In this document: one piece after another, positions 21,938-31,084 of the stretch
How the letters are laid out: each line of letters starts with the position of its first letter
Position numbering within the stretch: the stretch's first letter is position 1
NCBI GenBank assembly: GCA_900319705.1
Contig: ONPL01000001.1
Span: 1 to 60,222 of the forward strand
DNA from: an uncultured Pseudomonadota bacterium
GTDB lineage: Bacteria; Pseudomonadota; Gammaproteobacteria; Enterobacterales; Succinivibrionaceae
Direction: 5' to 3'
Length of the DNA stretch: 60,222 nt
The notes under the pieces: generated by a model
Seen by the model: the letters and a program-made list of their open reading frames with translations, nothing else
Database searches by the model: none
What the model was told of the DNA's origin: nothing
Position numbers and translations under genes: made by a program

Positions 21938-24202
21938 CTACTCACTGTAATAGTAGCATGGTTCAACACTGCCGAGAGCCGAAACTTTCGCCGGAACGAC
22001 AATCGAACCTTCCAGTTTGCAGTCATTTTCAATAGGATTTCCAAAGCGGTTAAACCGCTGATTTGCAATACCTTTCGGAACCGCAATACTGATAGAGCTT
22101 GCCCCTCTTTCCTGAACATAGGAATTGAACACCTTTAAAGCTCCTGATGAGCCGGTGTATCCTGTAGGTTTATTGTCATCAGTACCAACCCACACAGCAA
22201 ACACATCGTCATTATCGTAACCGGCAAACCAGGAATCCTTACCGTCATCAGTAGTTCCTGTTTTTCCGGCGATATTCACATTTGGCAGTATACTGTTCAG
22301 AGATCTTGCTGTTCCGCTTTTAACCACATTGATCAGGCCCTGAGTAAGCAAATAGGTATCCTGTGCGTTAAAGATCCTTTTAGCATCCTCATTCTCCCTG
22401 TAGATAAGTTCATCATTCTTATCCACGATGGCACGGATTGATGTAAGCGGTTTATAGTATCCCTGCGAGGCAAATACAGAGAACATCTGAGTCATTTCAA
22501 GGGGCGACATTTCAACTGTACCCAGCAGAAGCGATGGATACGCCTGAAGTTCCTGATCAACACCGACAGCCTGCAGATTCTTTATTACATTTTTGATTTT
22601 TACATCAACGCCGACGCGAACAGCCGGAATATTCAGAGATTTAGCCAGAGCATCTCTGAGAAAAACCTTGCCGTGGTATTTATGATCAAAATTACGAGGT
22701 CTCCACTCCTGCTTGCCGTAATGAACTGTAAGAGAAGAATCGTCAATTACGGTGGAAAGCTGATAGTTCTTCTCTGCAAAACCAGTTAAATACACTATCG
22801 GTTTGATCGTTGAACCGATTGGACGGTGGGCATCAATTGCCCGGTTGAACATTCCCTTGGTGGCATAGTCGCGGCCGCCAACCAGTCCTATCACCTCGCC
22901 TTTATGCCAGTTGGCAATAGCAAATGCAATCTGAATTTCTGGATAGCGTTTTTTAAATTCCGCTCCGATTTTTTCAACAGCATTCTCTGCAGCTCTCTGG
23001 GCATTAGGATCAAAGCTGGTGAAAACCTTCAAGCCGGAAACCTTGAGAATTTCATCCCCCATCTTTTCGCGAATTTCCCTTTTAACCAGATCCACGTATG
23101 CAGGAGTCTTTCCGTAGATTGCTTTTCCACGGGCTAGAACTTCAATATCCTGTGATGCATACTTGTCGTATTCAGCAGGGGTAATAATATCTTCATCAAG
23201 AAGTTTCTTTAATATCAGATCCCTTCGTTCACGTGTTCTTTCCTTATGACGCCACGGATCATAATATGAAGGTCCTCTGATTATAGCCACAAGAGTTGAA
23301 ATCTGACCGACATCAAGCTCTCTCACAGGAAGACCGAAATAGAAATATGAAGCGAGCCCGAAACCGTAAACACCGTTTGAGCCGTTCTGACCTAGATAAA
23401 TCTCATTGAGATAGGCCTCAAGGATCTCGTTCTTTGAGTACCGGTATTCAACAATTAGAGACATCAGCGCCTCTTTGATTTTTCTTGAAAGACTTCTCTC
23501 ACTGGTAAGATAGAAATTCTTAACCAGCTGCTGGGTCAGTGTGGAACCTCCCTGCACATTTCTTCCTGCCCTGATATTGGCAATCATTGCTCTGGCTATA
23601 GAGGTTGGTTTTATTCCGAAATGATCATAAAAATCTCGATCCTCTATGGTGGTAAGGATCGGGATCAGTTTCTCATTGACATCCTGAAGAGTAATTTTAA
23701 TACGATCCTCTTCATTACCCATGGTGATACGATCCAGAATAATAGGATCCATTCTGGCTGCGGCAAGAGTTGCCCCTGTTTTCGCATCCTTCAGCGTCTG
23801 GATCCGATCATTGGCAAACTGAAGAAACAATGCTCTTTCCTTCTCATCCCCGTCATAAAATCTGAACGGTCTCTTTATGATGACTACATTGTTACCTTCC
23901 ACAGCATACTCCCCCGGATTCTGAGGGTCATACACTTTCCGGTAGTTCAGGGTAACAAGTTCATTTTCAAGCTGTTTCAGGGAAATTTTCTGATTCCGGT
24001 GAAGTTCCAAAGGTCGGGAATAAATCCATACAGGCAATTGCCATTTTTCACCACTGAATTTTGTCTGAACCTCCTTGTCAAGGATGTAGACATACCCTGC
24101 CAGCGCAGCCGCTCCGGCCACAATCATTACCAATAAAAAAAGCAGTATTTTAAATTTCCAGCTTTTTGGAGTTTTTGTATTTTTTTTTGCTGGTTTTGTC
24201 AT
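21938..24202 (-). CDS. mrcB: bifunctional class A penicillin-binding protein 1B (glycosyltransferase/transpeptidase)
   Basis: Cytoplasmic tail and one TM helix; UB2H-like insert ('IYSRPLEL...LNYRKV'); GT51 motifs 'EDRDFYDHFG' and 'GGSTLTQQL'; transpeptidase 'STIKP', 'KTGTT'. Confidence 0.93.
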   Translation of the reverse strand: MTKPAKKNTKTPKSWKFKILLFLLVMIVAGAAALAGYVYILDKEVQTKFSGEKWQLPVWIYSRPLELHRNQKISLKQLENELVTLNYRKVYDPQNPGEYAVEGNNVVIIKRPFRFYDGDEKERALFLQFANDRIQTLKDAKTGATLAAARMDPIILDRITMGNEEDRIKITLQDVNEKLIPILTTIEDRDFYDHFGIKPTSIARAMIANIRAGRNVQGGSTLTQQLVKNFYLTSERSLSRKIKEALMSLIVEYRYSKNEILEAYLNEIYLGQNGSNGVYGFGLASYFYFGLPVRELDVGQISTLVAIIRGPSYYDPWRHKERTRERRDLILKKLLDEDIITPAEYDKYASQDIEVLARGKAIYGKTPAYVDLVKREIREKMGDEILKVSGLKVFTSFDPNAQRAAENAVEKIGAEFKKRYPEIQIAFAIANWHKGEVIGLVGGRDYATKGMFNRAIDAHRPIGSTIKPIVYLTGFAEKNYQLSTVIDDSSLTVHYGKQEWRPRNFDHKYHGKVFLRDALAKSLNIPAVRVGVDVKIKNVIKNLQAVGVDQELQAYPSLLLGTVEMSPLEMTQMFSVFASQGYYKPLTSIRAIVDKNDELIYRENEDAKRIFNAQDTYLLTQGLINVVKSGTARSLNSILPNVNIAGKTGTTDDGKDSWFAGYDNDDVFAVWVGTDDNKPTGYTGSSGALKVFNSYVQERGASSISIAVPKGIANQRFNRFGNPIENDCKLEGSIVVPAKVSALGSVEPCYYYSE

Positions 24203-24322
24203 GACAATCCCGAAACCATCTAACTAATTTTCTTTTTTATCTATCTATTAAAAATAACACCGATCTAGTCTAAACATTTGTGTGCTAAAATCAAGAGCTA
24301 AAATCAGCCGTAAGTAGGAAAC

Positions 24323-24348
24323 AGGCCCGTTACATAGGCCCGTTACAT
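24323..24348 (+). repeat. perfect 13-bp tandem direct repeat (aggcccgttacat x2)
   Basis: 24323-24335 and 24336-24348 are identical, ending 27 bp upstream of the ATG at 24375. Confidence 0.9.
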
Positions 24349-24374
24349 GCTCATAACCGCTCAAAGGAACCGTA

Positions 24375-24872
24375 ATGACAGACTATCTGAAAATCATTTT
24401 TGCTACTTTATTTTTTTCTTTGCCGGTATACTGTGTCAGTGCACAGGACCTACCCGAGAAGCAGAACAACACATCCGCAGTACCGGACAAGCACACCGCA
24501 TCTGATACCGAGAAACAAACAGAAAATCAAGACAGAGCTGCAGACTTGATCCTGCCCGACCACAACTCGGCTGAGCAGAAAGATCCTGAAATAGCTCTAT
24601 TTGAAAAGAACTGTTCAGCTTCGCTAGCTTTCAACGGTTCTCCCTATGAGCACGCTTCCTGCGTTGTTATATACGATATGCTGAAAATAGAGCTTACCCC
24701 CAAAGCTGAATTCACCGAAAACATTAAAAATGCCGATATGAACAGTCTGGCACAGGGAACATGTGCGATGTTCAGCGAACTGGCAAAAATCCACACTGTC
24801 AGTTACACATTCTATGATTTTCAGAAGAATGTCATTAACCAGCATACAGTTCAGAAAAACGACTGCAGATAG
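24375..24872 (+). CDS. small exported protein: signal peptide, ~55-aa low-complexity linker, ~90-aa Cys-containing globular part
   Basis: 'MTDYLKIIFATLFFSLPVYCVSA' signal, then a Q/E/D/K/T/P-rich stretch, then a compact C-terminal region with 4 Cys. No family recognised. Divergent from mrcB. Confidence 0.6.
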   Translation: MTDYLKIIFATLFFSLPVYCVSAQDLPEKQNNTSAVPDKHTASDTEKQTENQDRAADLILPDHNSAEQKDPEIALFEKNCSASLAFNGSPYEHASCVVIYDMLKIELTPKAEFTENIKNADMNSLAQGTCAMFSELAKIHTVSYTFYDFQKNVINQHTVQKNDCR

Positions 24873-24904
24873 TTCTGCGGTATCAAAATTAGGAGAAAAA
24901 CATT

Positions 24905-25597
24905 GTGAAAGTTGTAGTTTTATTAAGCGGCGGCGTTGACAGCAGTACCTGTCTCGCGCTGGCCGTAAAGCAGCACGGTGCAGAAAATGTATATGCACTG
25001 AATATCATGTACGGGCAGAAACACAGCAAGGAACTGTCATGTGCACAGAAAATTGCCGACTACTATCATGTTCCGTACCATCTGATTGATCTAAGTCTTA
25101 TATTTTCCAAATCAAACTGTTCACTGCTTCAGCATTCCGATCAGCCGATCATCCATAAAAGTTATAACGAACAGCTCAAAGATCTTGGTGGAAGCGGAAC
25201 CGTATCCACCTATGTTCCTTTCAGAAACGGTCTGATGCTCAGCTGTGCTGCAAGTTTTGCCCAGAGTATAGGAGCATCTGCCGTTATTTACGGAGCGCAT
25301 GCTGATGATGCCGCCGGACGCGCATATCCTGACTGTACACCAGAATTTGTCGAGTACATGAACAAAGCTATCTATGAAGGCACAGGGCGCGAACTTGTTA
25401 TCGAAGCACCTTTTCTCAATTCAAACAAGGCAGGGATTGTAAAACAGGGTCTGGAACTTAAAGTCCCTTACGAACTGACCTGGTCGTGCTATGAAGGTAA
25501 CGATCAGCCGTGCGGCAGTTGCGGAACCTGTATTGACCGGAAGAAAGCTTTTGAACTGAACGGTGCTGTTGATCCTCTTTTACAATCAACCAAATAA
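24905..25597 (+). CDS. queC: 7-cyano-7-deazaguanine synthase
   Basis: GTG start. 'VVVLLSGGVDSSTCLA' PP-loop and C-terminal Zn cluster 'WSCY...CGSCGTCIDR'. Confidence 0.93.
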   Translation: MKVVVLLSGGVDSSTCLALAVKQHGAENVYALNIMYGQKHSKELSCAQKIADYYHVPYHLIDLSLIFSKSNCSLLQHSDQPIIHKSYNEQLKDLGGSGTVSTYVPFRNGLMLSCAASFAQSIGASAVIYGAHADDAAGRAYPDCTPEFVEYMNKAIYEGTGRELVIEAPFLNSNKAGIVKQGLELKVPYELTWSCYEGNDQPCGSCGTCIDRKKAFELNGAVDPLLQSTK

Positions 25598-25633
25598 GCG
25601 TTCTATTAGGGAAACACACCTCATAATCAGTTC

Positions 25634-25672
25634 ACGCCGCGATTGACCATCATTTAGCGCGGCGTTGTTTGT
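25634..25672 (+). terminator. intrinsic terminator after queC
   Basis: 'acgccgcg ...16 nt... cgcggcgt' followed by 'tgtttgt'. Confidence 0.6.
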
Positions 25673-25881
25673 GGCTGAACAGATAATATACATTCAATTA
25701 AAATTAAGCAAAAAAATTAAAAATAGTGAAATACATTAAAGAATTTATTCATTTTTATACGTATACTCATTCAAGTTTTTTTTACGACTCAAAGCTTAGT
25801 TGAAAAAATAAATTAATCAGATAACCATAAGAAATAATCTACATTTTACTTTTTAATAATGAATGCAGAGGAGATAAGACC

Positions 25882-26325
25882 ATGGGTGAAGTTAAAAGAA
25901 AAAGAGCATCTACTATAATTGACGGAATCGAGCCTTATGAAGTAAAGGAAGGCGAAGAATATATGAATGATGCTCAGAGAGAGCATTTCAGAAAAATACT
26001 CACTGCCTGGAGAAATCAGTTAAGGGAAGAAGTTGGACAGACCGTGGATCACATGAAAAACGAAGCTGCCAATTTCCCGGATGAAGTTGATCGCGCCTCA
26101 CAAGAAGAGGAATTTGCACTTGAATTGAGGACCCGCGACCGCGAAAGAAAATTAATAAGAAAAATCGAAAAGACACTGTCTACTATTGATTCTGATGATT
26201 TCGGATACTGCAAGAACTGCGGTTCAGAAATCGGCATCAGACGTCTGGAAGCACGACCAACAGCCGATTTATGTGTAGATTGCAAGGAGCTGGCAGAAAT
26301 CAAGGAAAAGCAGCTTTCAGAATAA
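25882..26325 (+). CDS. dksA: RNA polymerase-binding transcription factor DksA
   Basis: Coiled-coil region with an acidic tip ('DEVDRASQEEE') and a C4 zinc finger 'CKNCGSEI...CVDC'. Confidence 0.93.
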   Translation: MGEVKRKRASTIIDGIEPYEVKEGEEYMNDAQREHFRKILTAWRNQLREEVGQTVDHMKNEAANFPDEVDRASQEEEFALELRTRDRERKLIRKIEKTLSTIDSDDFGYCKNCGSEIGIRRLEARPTADLCVDCKELAEIKEKQLSE

Positions 26326-26352
26326 TCCTGATCTCTGAGTGATATTAAATTC

Positions 26353-26388
26353 AGCACCGTAACAGCATACAGTTACGGTGCTTTTTGT
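26353..26388 (+). terminator. intrinsic terminator after dksA
   Basis: 'agcaccgtaac agcataca gttacggtgct' followed by 'ttttgtt'. Confidence 0.8.
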
Positions 26389-26511
26389 TGCTTATTAGCA
26401 TAATTGAATTGAAAAAAATCTCATATGCGCTATCATACCAACAAACGGCTTGTTCACGCGAATATTCTCGCTGAACCGGCGGCAGTAGATTTTTCCCATA
26501 AGTAGATTTTC

Positions 26512-29451
26512 GTGCAACAATTCCAATTACCAAATAAAAGAAAAACAGTGAACAGTTCAAATACATTGAAAATTAACAAAATCCCTTATTCAGTTCATCA
26601 CATCAACAAAGACTCTATTTCCGCCAATGCCGTTTTCACAGTCAAAACGCTGATTGAAAACGGATTTGAAGCCTACATAGTCGGCGGATGCGTCAGAGAT
26701 CTCATACTCGACAAGAAACCAAAGGATTTTGACGTAACAACCAATGCAACCCCTGAGCAGGTTAAGAGTATTTTCAACAAACGGCAGACTGTACAGAAAT
26801 ATCTGAATGAAAAACTTGATACAGACGTTTTCCGGCATCGTCCGACCGCAAGGATCATCGGTAAGAGATTTAAAATTGTTCATGTGACTTTCGGTAATGA
26901 AATAATTGAAGTTGCCACCTTCAGAGCTGCAGCACCCGGCACCGAACTGAACATAGAGTCGGATGATTCAGCTGTAAATATCCCTGAACCGCAGAGAGAA
27001 ACTCCGGTGCTTCCGCAGGAAGAAAAAGGTCCGGCTTTAATCGATAAAGAACAATGGCTGACAGATTATCCTGATTTCTTCAGATACTCCCGCTGTCTCA
27101 GAACTGCACACATAAAGCTGATGCAGAATATTGAAAACATTGAGATCGATACCGGAATAAACAATAACCACGCACAGATATACAAGGACGAACTTGCAAA
27201 AGACATATCCAGGCTGATCAAAGATCAGAATTCAGACAAACTGGACCTAGCTGACAGCATTACTGTCGATACTTTGGAACAGGAACCGCTACTGATAATA
27301 AAAACTCTGCTTCTTAGTGCAAGACTGAATAAACCATTGTCCGCACATTCAATAGAACTTATTGTAAAGAGACTTCACTGTCTCGGCAGTTGTGACAGAT
27401 TTGCCCTTTTTCAAGCTTTGCAGGCTGGTTTCTACTATCCGATATCAAGAGTTTCCTTCTTTTCTCTGTTGGAGAAGTATCAACTCACAGGCCTGATTTT
27501 TCCGGAACTTCCTCAAATACTGGAAAACGGCAGTGAAGAAGACAGAAGCTACATAGAAAACTTCTTTTTCAGATTCTCTCAGACCAAACATTACCAGAAG
27601 TCGCAGGATCCTTTTCTGACGCTGTTTATTCTTTTCTGGCCGATGCTGAAACGGGCTTTCGAAGACCACTTTTTTAACTTTGAATTAATCAACCATCTTT
27701 CTTTACATACAGAATACAAGAGGTTGTTCACATCACACAAAAAAATTCCAGCAGACAAGTTTGAAGAAATCAGGAGCAATCACTTAAAAATAACAGAATT
27801 AAGCTTGCAAACCAATCTCCTGCAAAAGGAAGAGAATCTGCATGAAATATTCAAAAAAGCCTTTGAGTATTTTGAATCAGACATAGACAAGTTGCTGAAT
27901 TTGCCTGAGAACACATCAAAACATAACAAAGAAAAAAGCTACAGCAAATATCTGACAGGACTCAGAGAAATTCTGTCTCCGTTTGCAAGAGATCTGTTCT
28001 TTGCATCAATGATATTTTTTAACAAGTTGCTCCTGAAAAAAAATACCCCGATTTACTACTCATCGGTTATAAGTTTCATGTCAGCTTTCCAAATCTTCCA
28101 GATGTTCAAGATAGAAGAACTGACCATTCTGCCTAAAGAACTTAAAGATTTAAAACTTAAAGAAGAACTGGCCAACACTGCAATATGCATTCATGACTAT
28201 AACAGCTATGAGTACCCTCTGCTTTTCGGGAAAGGACCTAAGCAGATCAAGCGTTGTCTAAGATTGGAGCCGTCTGCTGAGCAGACGACAGACCAATCAT
28301 CTGTTGGTTCTTCAGACAACACCAAAAACAAAGTCCAGGAAAATTCTGACAGAATTTCAAGCAAAACCGGAATGTTGCTCCGCGACAACGATTACGGAAC
28401 AATGCTGGAAGATACTACAAGAAGAGATTTTACCATCAACGCACTGTACTATGACGTTGTCACCCAGGAGATCCGCGATTATCACAACGGTATATCAGAT
28501 TTACAAAACAAAAGAATAGATATTATCGGAGATCCCGTTGTACGCTATAAGGAAGATCCGGTTCGCATGCTCAGAGCCATCAGATTCAGTGCCAAACTTA
28601 ATATGGAAATAACACCGAGAACCGCAGATCCAATCAGAAAATACGGAAGTCTGCTGAGGTCTGTTTCCAATGCAAGAATGTATGATGAAATTGGGAAAAT
28701 GTTCCTTCTCGGTTACGCTCAGGCAACCTTCAATCTGATGAGAGATTTCAATGTATTCTGTTATATTTTCCCATCAATAGATAAGCTGCTGAATTCTAAG
28801 GAAGATTCATATACAGAAAAGTTCGTAAATATATTTTTGAAAAATGCCGACAACCGGGTGGCGATTGGAAAAACGGGAAATCTCTGTTTTATGTATGCAG
28901 CACTGCTGTGGCCGGAGGTGAAATCCGTTTTTGAGAAAACCGTATTCCCTATAAGCGACTTTGCCGAATTAAATAAAATAGCCTTCCTTTCCCCTGAAGA
29001 TGTAACACCGGAAACAATCGAGATCTACAATAGATTTGTAATAAAACTTCGTACCGTTTCATTTCCAGGAATGAAGCTTCACCTTTTGAATGAGTTCAAG
29101 GATATAAACAATCACGATCCTAAATTTCTGGCAAAGGTGGCAGCAACCGGCAAGAAACTGAACCAGCAGATAAGAAAAATCTATCACACAACATGTACTA
29201 CGATTCTTAACAAACAGTCAACCTATACCGCCATGCCGTGGTTTTCGAGCGACGATATATATCAGATTTGGGATTCGCAGGTATTGTTCTACATGACAAA
29301 AGATCCGTCAATCAACCGATTACTTGAATTCGGTCGTTTCAAAGCCTCCCTTGACTTTTTAGCCTACAGATCTGAAATCAACCCTGAACTTGGACCGTTG
29401 TTTGAATTCTGGGAAAAAGCATATACCAAAAAAACAACTAAAGGAAACTAG
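26512..29451 (+). CDS. pcnB: poly(A) polymerase I, 979 aa, with a ~480-aa insertion inside the nucleotidyltransferase head
   Basis: GTG start. 'IVGGCVRDLILDKKPKDFDVTTNATPEQV', 'IIEVATFR', then after the insert 'GMLLRDNDYGTMLEDTTRRDFTINALYYD', 'YKEDPVRMLRAIRFSAKL'. folK lies downstream, as in E. coli. Confidence 0.88.
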   Translation: MQQFQLPNKRKTVNSSNTLKINKIPYSVHHINKDSISANAVFTVKTLIENGFEAYIVGGCVRDLILDKKPKDFDVTTNATPEQVKSIFNKRQTVQKYLNEKLDTDVFRHRPTARIIGKRFKIVHVTFGNEIIEVATFRAAAPGTELNIESDDSAVNIPEPQRETPVLPQEEKGPALIDKEQWLTDYPDFFRYSRCLRTAHIKLMQNIENIEIDTGINNNHAQIYKDELAKDISRLIKDQNSDKLDLADSITVDTLEQEPLLIIKTLLLSARLNKPLSAHSIELIVKRLHCLGSCDRFALFQALQAGFYYPISRVSFFSLLEKYQLTGLIFPELPQILENGSEEDRSYIENFFFRFSQTKHYQKSQDPFLTLFILFWPMLKRAFEDHFFNFELINHLSLHTEYKRLFTSHKKIPADKFEEIRSNHLKITELSLQTNLLQKEENLHEIFKKAFEYFESDIDKLLNLPENTSKHNKEKSYSKYLTGLREILSPFARDLFFASMIFFNKLLLKKNTPIYYSSVISFMSAFQIFQMFKIEELTILPKELKDLKLKEELANTAICIHDYNSYEYPLLFGKGPKQIKRCLRLEPSAEQTTDQSSVGSSDNTKNKVQENSDRISSKTGMLLRDNDYGTMLEDTTRRDFTINALYYDVVTQEIRDYHNGISDLQNKRIDIIGDPVVRYKEDPVRMLRAIRFSAKLNMEITPRTADPIRKYGSLLRSVSNARMYDEIGKMFLLGYAQATFNLMRDFNVFCYIFPSIDKLLNSKEDSYTEKFVNIFLKNADNRVAIGKTGNLCFMYAALLWPEVKSVFEKTVFPISDFAELNKIAFLSPEDVTPETIEIYNRFVIKLRTVSFPGMKLHLLNEFKDINNHDPKFLAKVAATGKKLNQQIRKIYHTTCTTILNKQSTYTAMPWFSSDDIYQIWDSQVLFYMTKDPSINRLLEFGRFKASLDFLAYRSEINPELGPLFEFWEKAYTKKTTKGN

Positions 29452-29459
29452 TTACAGCC

Positions 29460-29954
29460 ATGTCGCATACAGCATTCATAGCGCTCGGATCAAACCTTGA
29501 CGATCCGTACAAACATGTAGTGTCAGCCTTCGGGGAGCTCGATACAATTCCTTTAACCACCGTTGTCAAACGATCCGGTATTTATGAAAGCGAGCCATAT
29601 GGAGTAAAAGATCAGCCGAATTTCATTAATGCTGTCGCGGAAGTGACAACTCAGCTGTCTCCATTTGAACTGCTTGAACAGCTCCAACAGATTGAAAACC
29701 GGCATAAAAGAGTCCGCACCATGCACTGGGGGCCCAGGACGCTGGATTTGGATCTCATAATGTATGAACAGCAGATCATCGATACCGAAAAACTTAAACT
29801 GCCGCATCCCGGCATGGCTCTGAGAAGTTTTGTTCTGAAACCGCTGATGGATCTCAATCCTGAACTGATGACTCCGCTTAACCAGACTGTCAGAGAGCTG
29901 TTTTCAAGAATTGACTGTTCCGATTTAAAATTAAAGAGCAATGATCTACAATAA
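29460..29954 (+). CDS. folK: 2-amino-4-hydroxy-6-hydroxymethyldihydropteridine pyrophosphokinase
   Basis: 'AFIALGSNLDDP', 'WGPRTLDLDLI', 'LKLPHP'. Confidence 0.92.
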   Translation: MSHTAFIALGSNLDDPYKHVVSAFGELDTIPLTTVVKRSGIYESEPYGVKDQPNFINAVAEVTTQLSPFELLEQLQQIENRHKRVRTMHWGPRTLDLDLIMYEQQIIDTEKLKLPHPGMALRSFVLKPLMDLNPELMTPLNQTVRELFSRIDCSDLKLKSNDLQ

Positions 29955-29981
29955 CTGTGGATTTTTTGCAGGAGAACGTCT

Positions 29982-30776
29982 ATGTCTAAATTTACAGTAT
30001 CAACATTGCAGAAATTAAAGGACGAACACACCAAATTCGGAACTATTACCGCATATGATGCAGCTTTTGCCAAAATATTTGATGAATGCGAAGTGCCTGC
30101 GTTGCTTATCGGTGACTCCCTTGGTATGGTAATTCAGGGAAGAGACAGTACAATCGGTGTTTCCGTCGAAGATATAGCATATCACACCCGTTGCGTATCA
30201 AAGGTAGTACATAACTCGCTTGTAATAGCTGATCTGCCTTTTATGAGTTATTACGATAAACAATCCGCTGCAGAAACAGCCAAAAAGATAATGGAGGCAG
30301 GTGCCAACGTACTTAAACTGGAAGGCGGTGCAGAAATAGCAGAGATTGTAAAAATGCTGGTGCAGAACGGGATCCCTGTATGTGCACACATAGGTCTCAC
30401 TCCTCAATCAGTAAATGTTTTCGGCGGATATAAGATCCAGGGAAGATCTGAAGAACAAGCCCAAAAACTCATCAAAGATGCAGTAGCACTTCAGGAGGCA
30501 GGTGCCAGTCTGATTGTTCTTGAATGCATCCCGTCAGAACTTGCAAAGGAAATAACAGAAAAACTAAGAATTCCTACCATCGGGATCGGAGCCGGTAACA
30601 GTACAGATGCTCAGATTCTAGTTATGCATGATGCATTCGGGATCACTCCGGGACACACTCCGAAGTTCGCCCGTAACTTTCTTAAAGAAACAGGAAGTTT
30701 CTCCGAAGCAGTAAAACTTTATTTGTCAGAAGTTACTTCCGGAAACTTTCCAAATGATTCCCAGAGTTTTCACTAA
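29982..30776 (+). CDS. panB: 3-methyl-2-oxobutanoate hydroxymethyltransferase
   Basis: 'TAYDAAFAKIFDECEVPALLIGDSLGMV', 'LKLEGG', 'HIGLTPQS', 'IGIGAG'. Confidence 0.93.
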   Translation: MSKFTVSTLQKLKDEHTKFGTITAYDAAFAKIFDECEVPALLIGDSLGMVIQGRDSTIGVSVEDIAYHTRCVSKVVHNSLVIADLPFMSYYDKQSAAETAKKIMEAGANVLKLEGGAEIAEIVKMLVQNGIPVCAHIGLTPQSVNVFGGYKIQGRSEEQAQKLIKDAVALQEAGASLIVLECIPSELAKEITEKLRIPTIGIGAGNSTDAQILVMHDAFGITPGHTPKFARNFLKETGSFSEAVKLYLSEVTSGNFPNDSQSFH

Positions 30777-31084
30777 AAGGTTGGATAATAACGCGCCAGC
30801 AGCAGTGCCGCGGCGTAGGCTACAGACAGAATATAAAACCAAGAACTAAAATGCTGACAGATGATATGTTAAGAAAACCACCTATTCTGCTGTTAACACT
30901 TATGTAATACATCGCACCCGCCTCAGCGGGAAGCTGTCTGTGCTTTGAAAGTTACACTATTTATTGTTGGAAAGGCTCCCACAGTGGTTTATTGTCCACG
31001 AGTGGGAATTGTTTGTGTGAATTAAAAAAGGGAGGTAGAGGCAATCCTGACACTCCGGTCCGAAGGTTCCTCGCCACAGACATT

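Noticed and set aside
26485-26510. 10-bp direct repeat 'agtagatttt' (26485-94 and 26501-10) just before the pcnB GTG start.
   Set aside because: It is short and AT-rich, so it could easily arise by chance. There is no palindromic or operator-like context.
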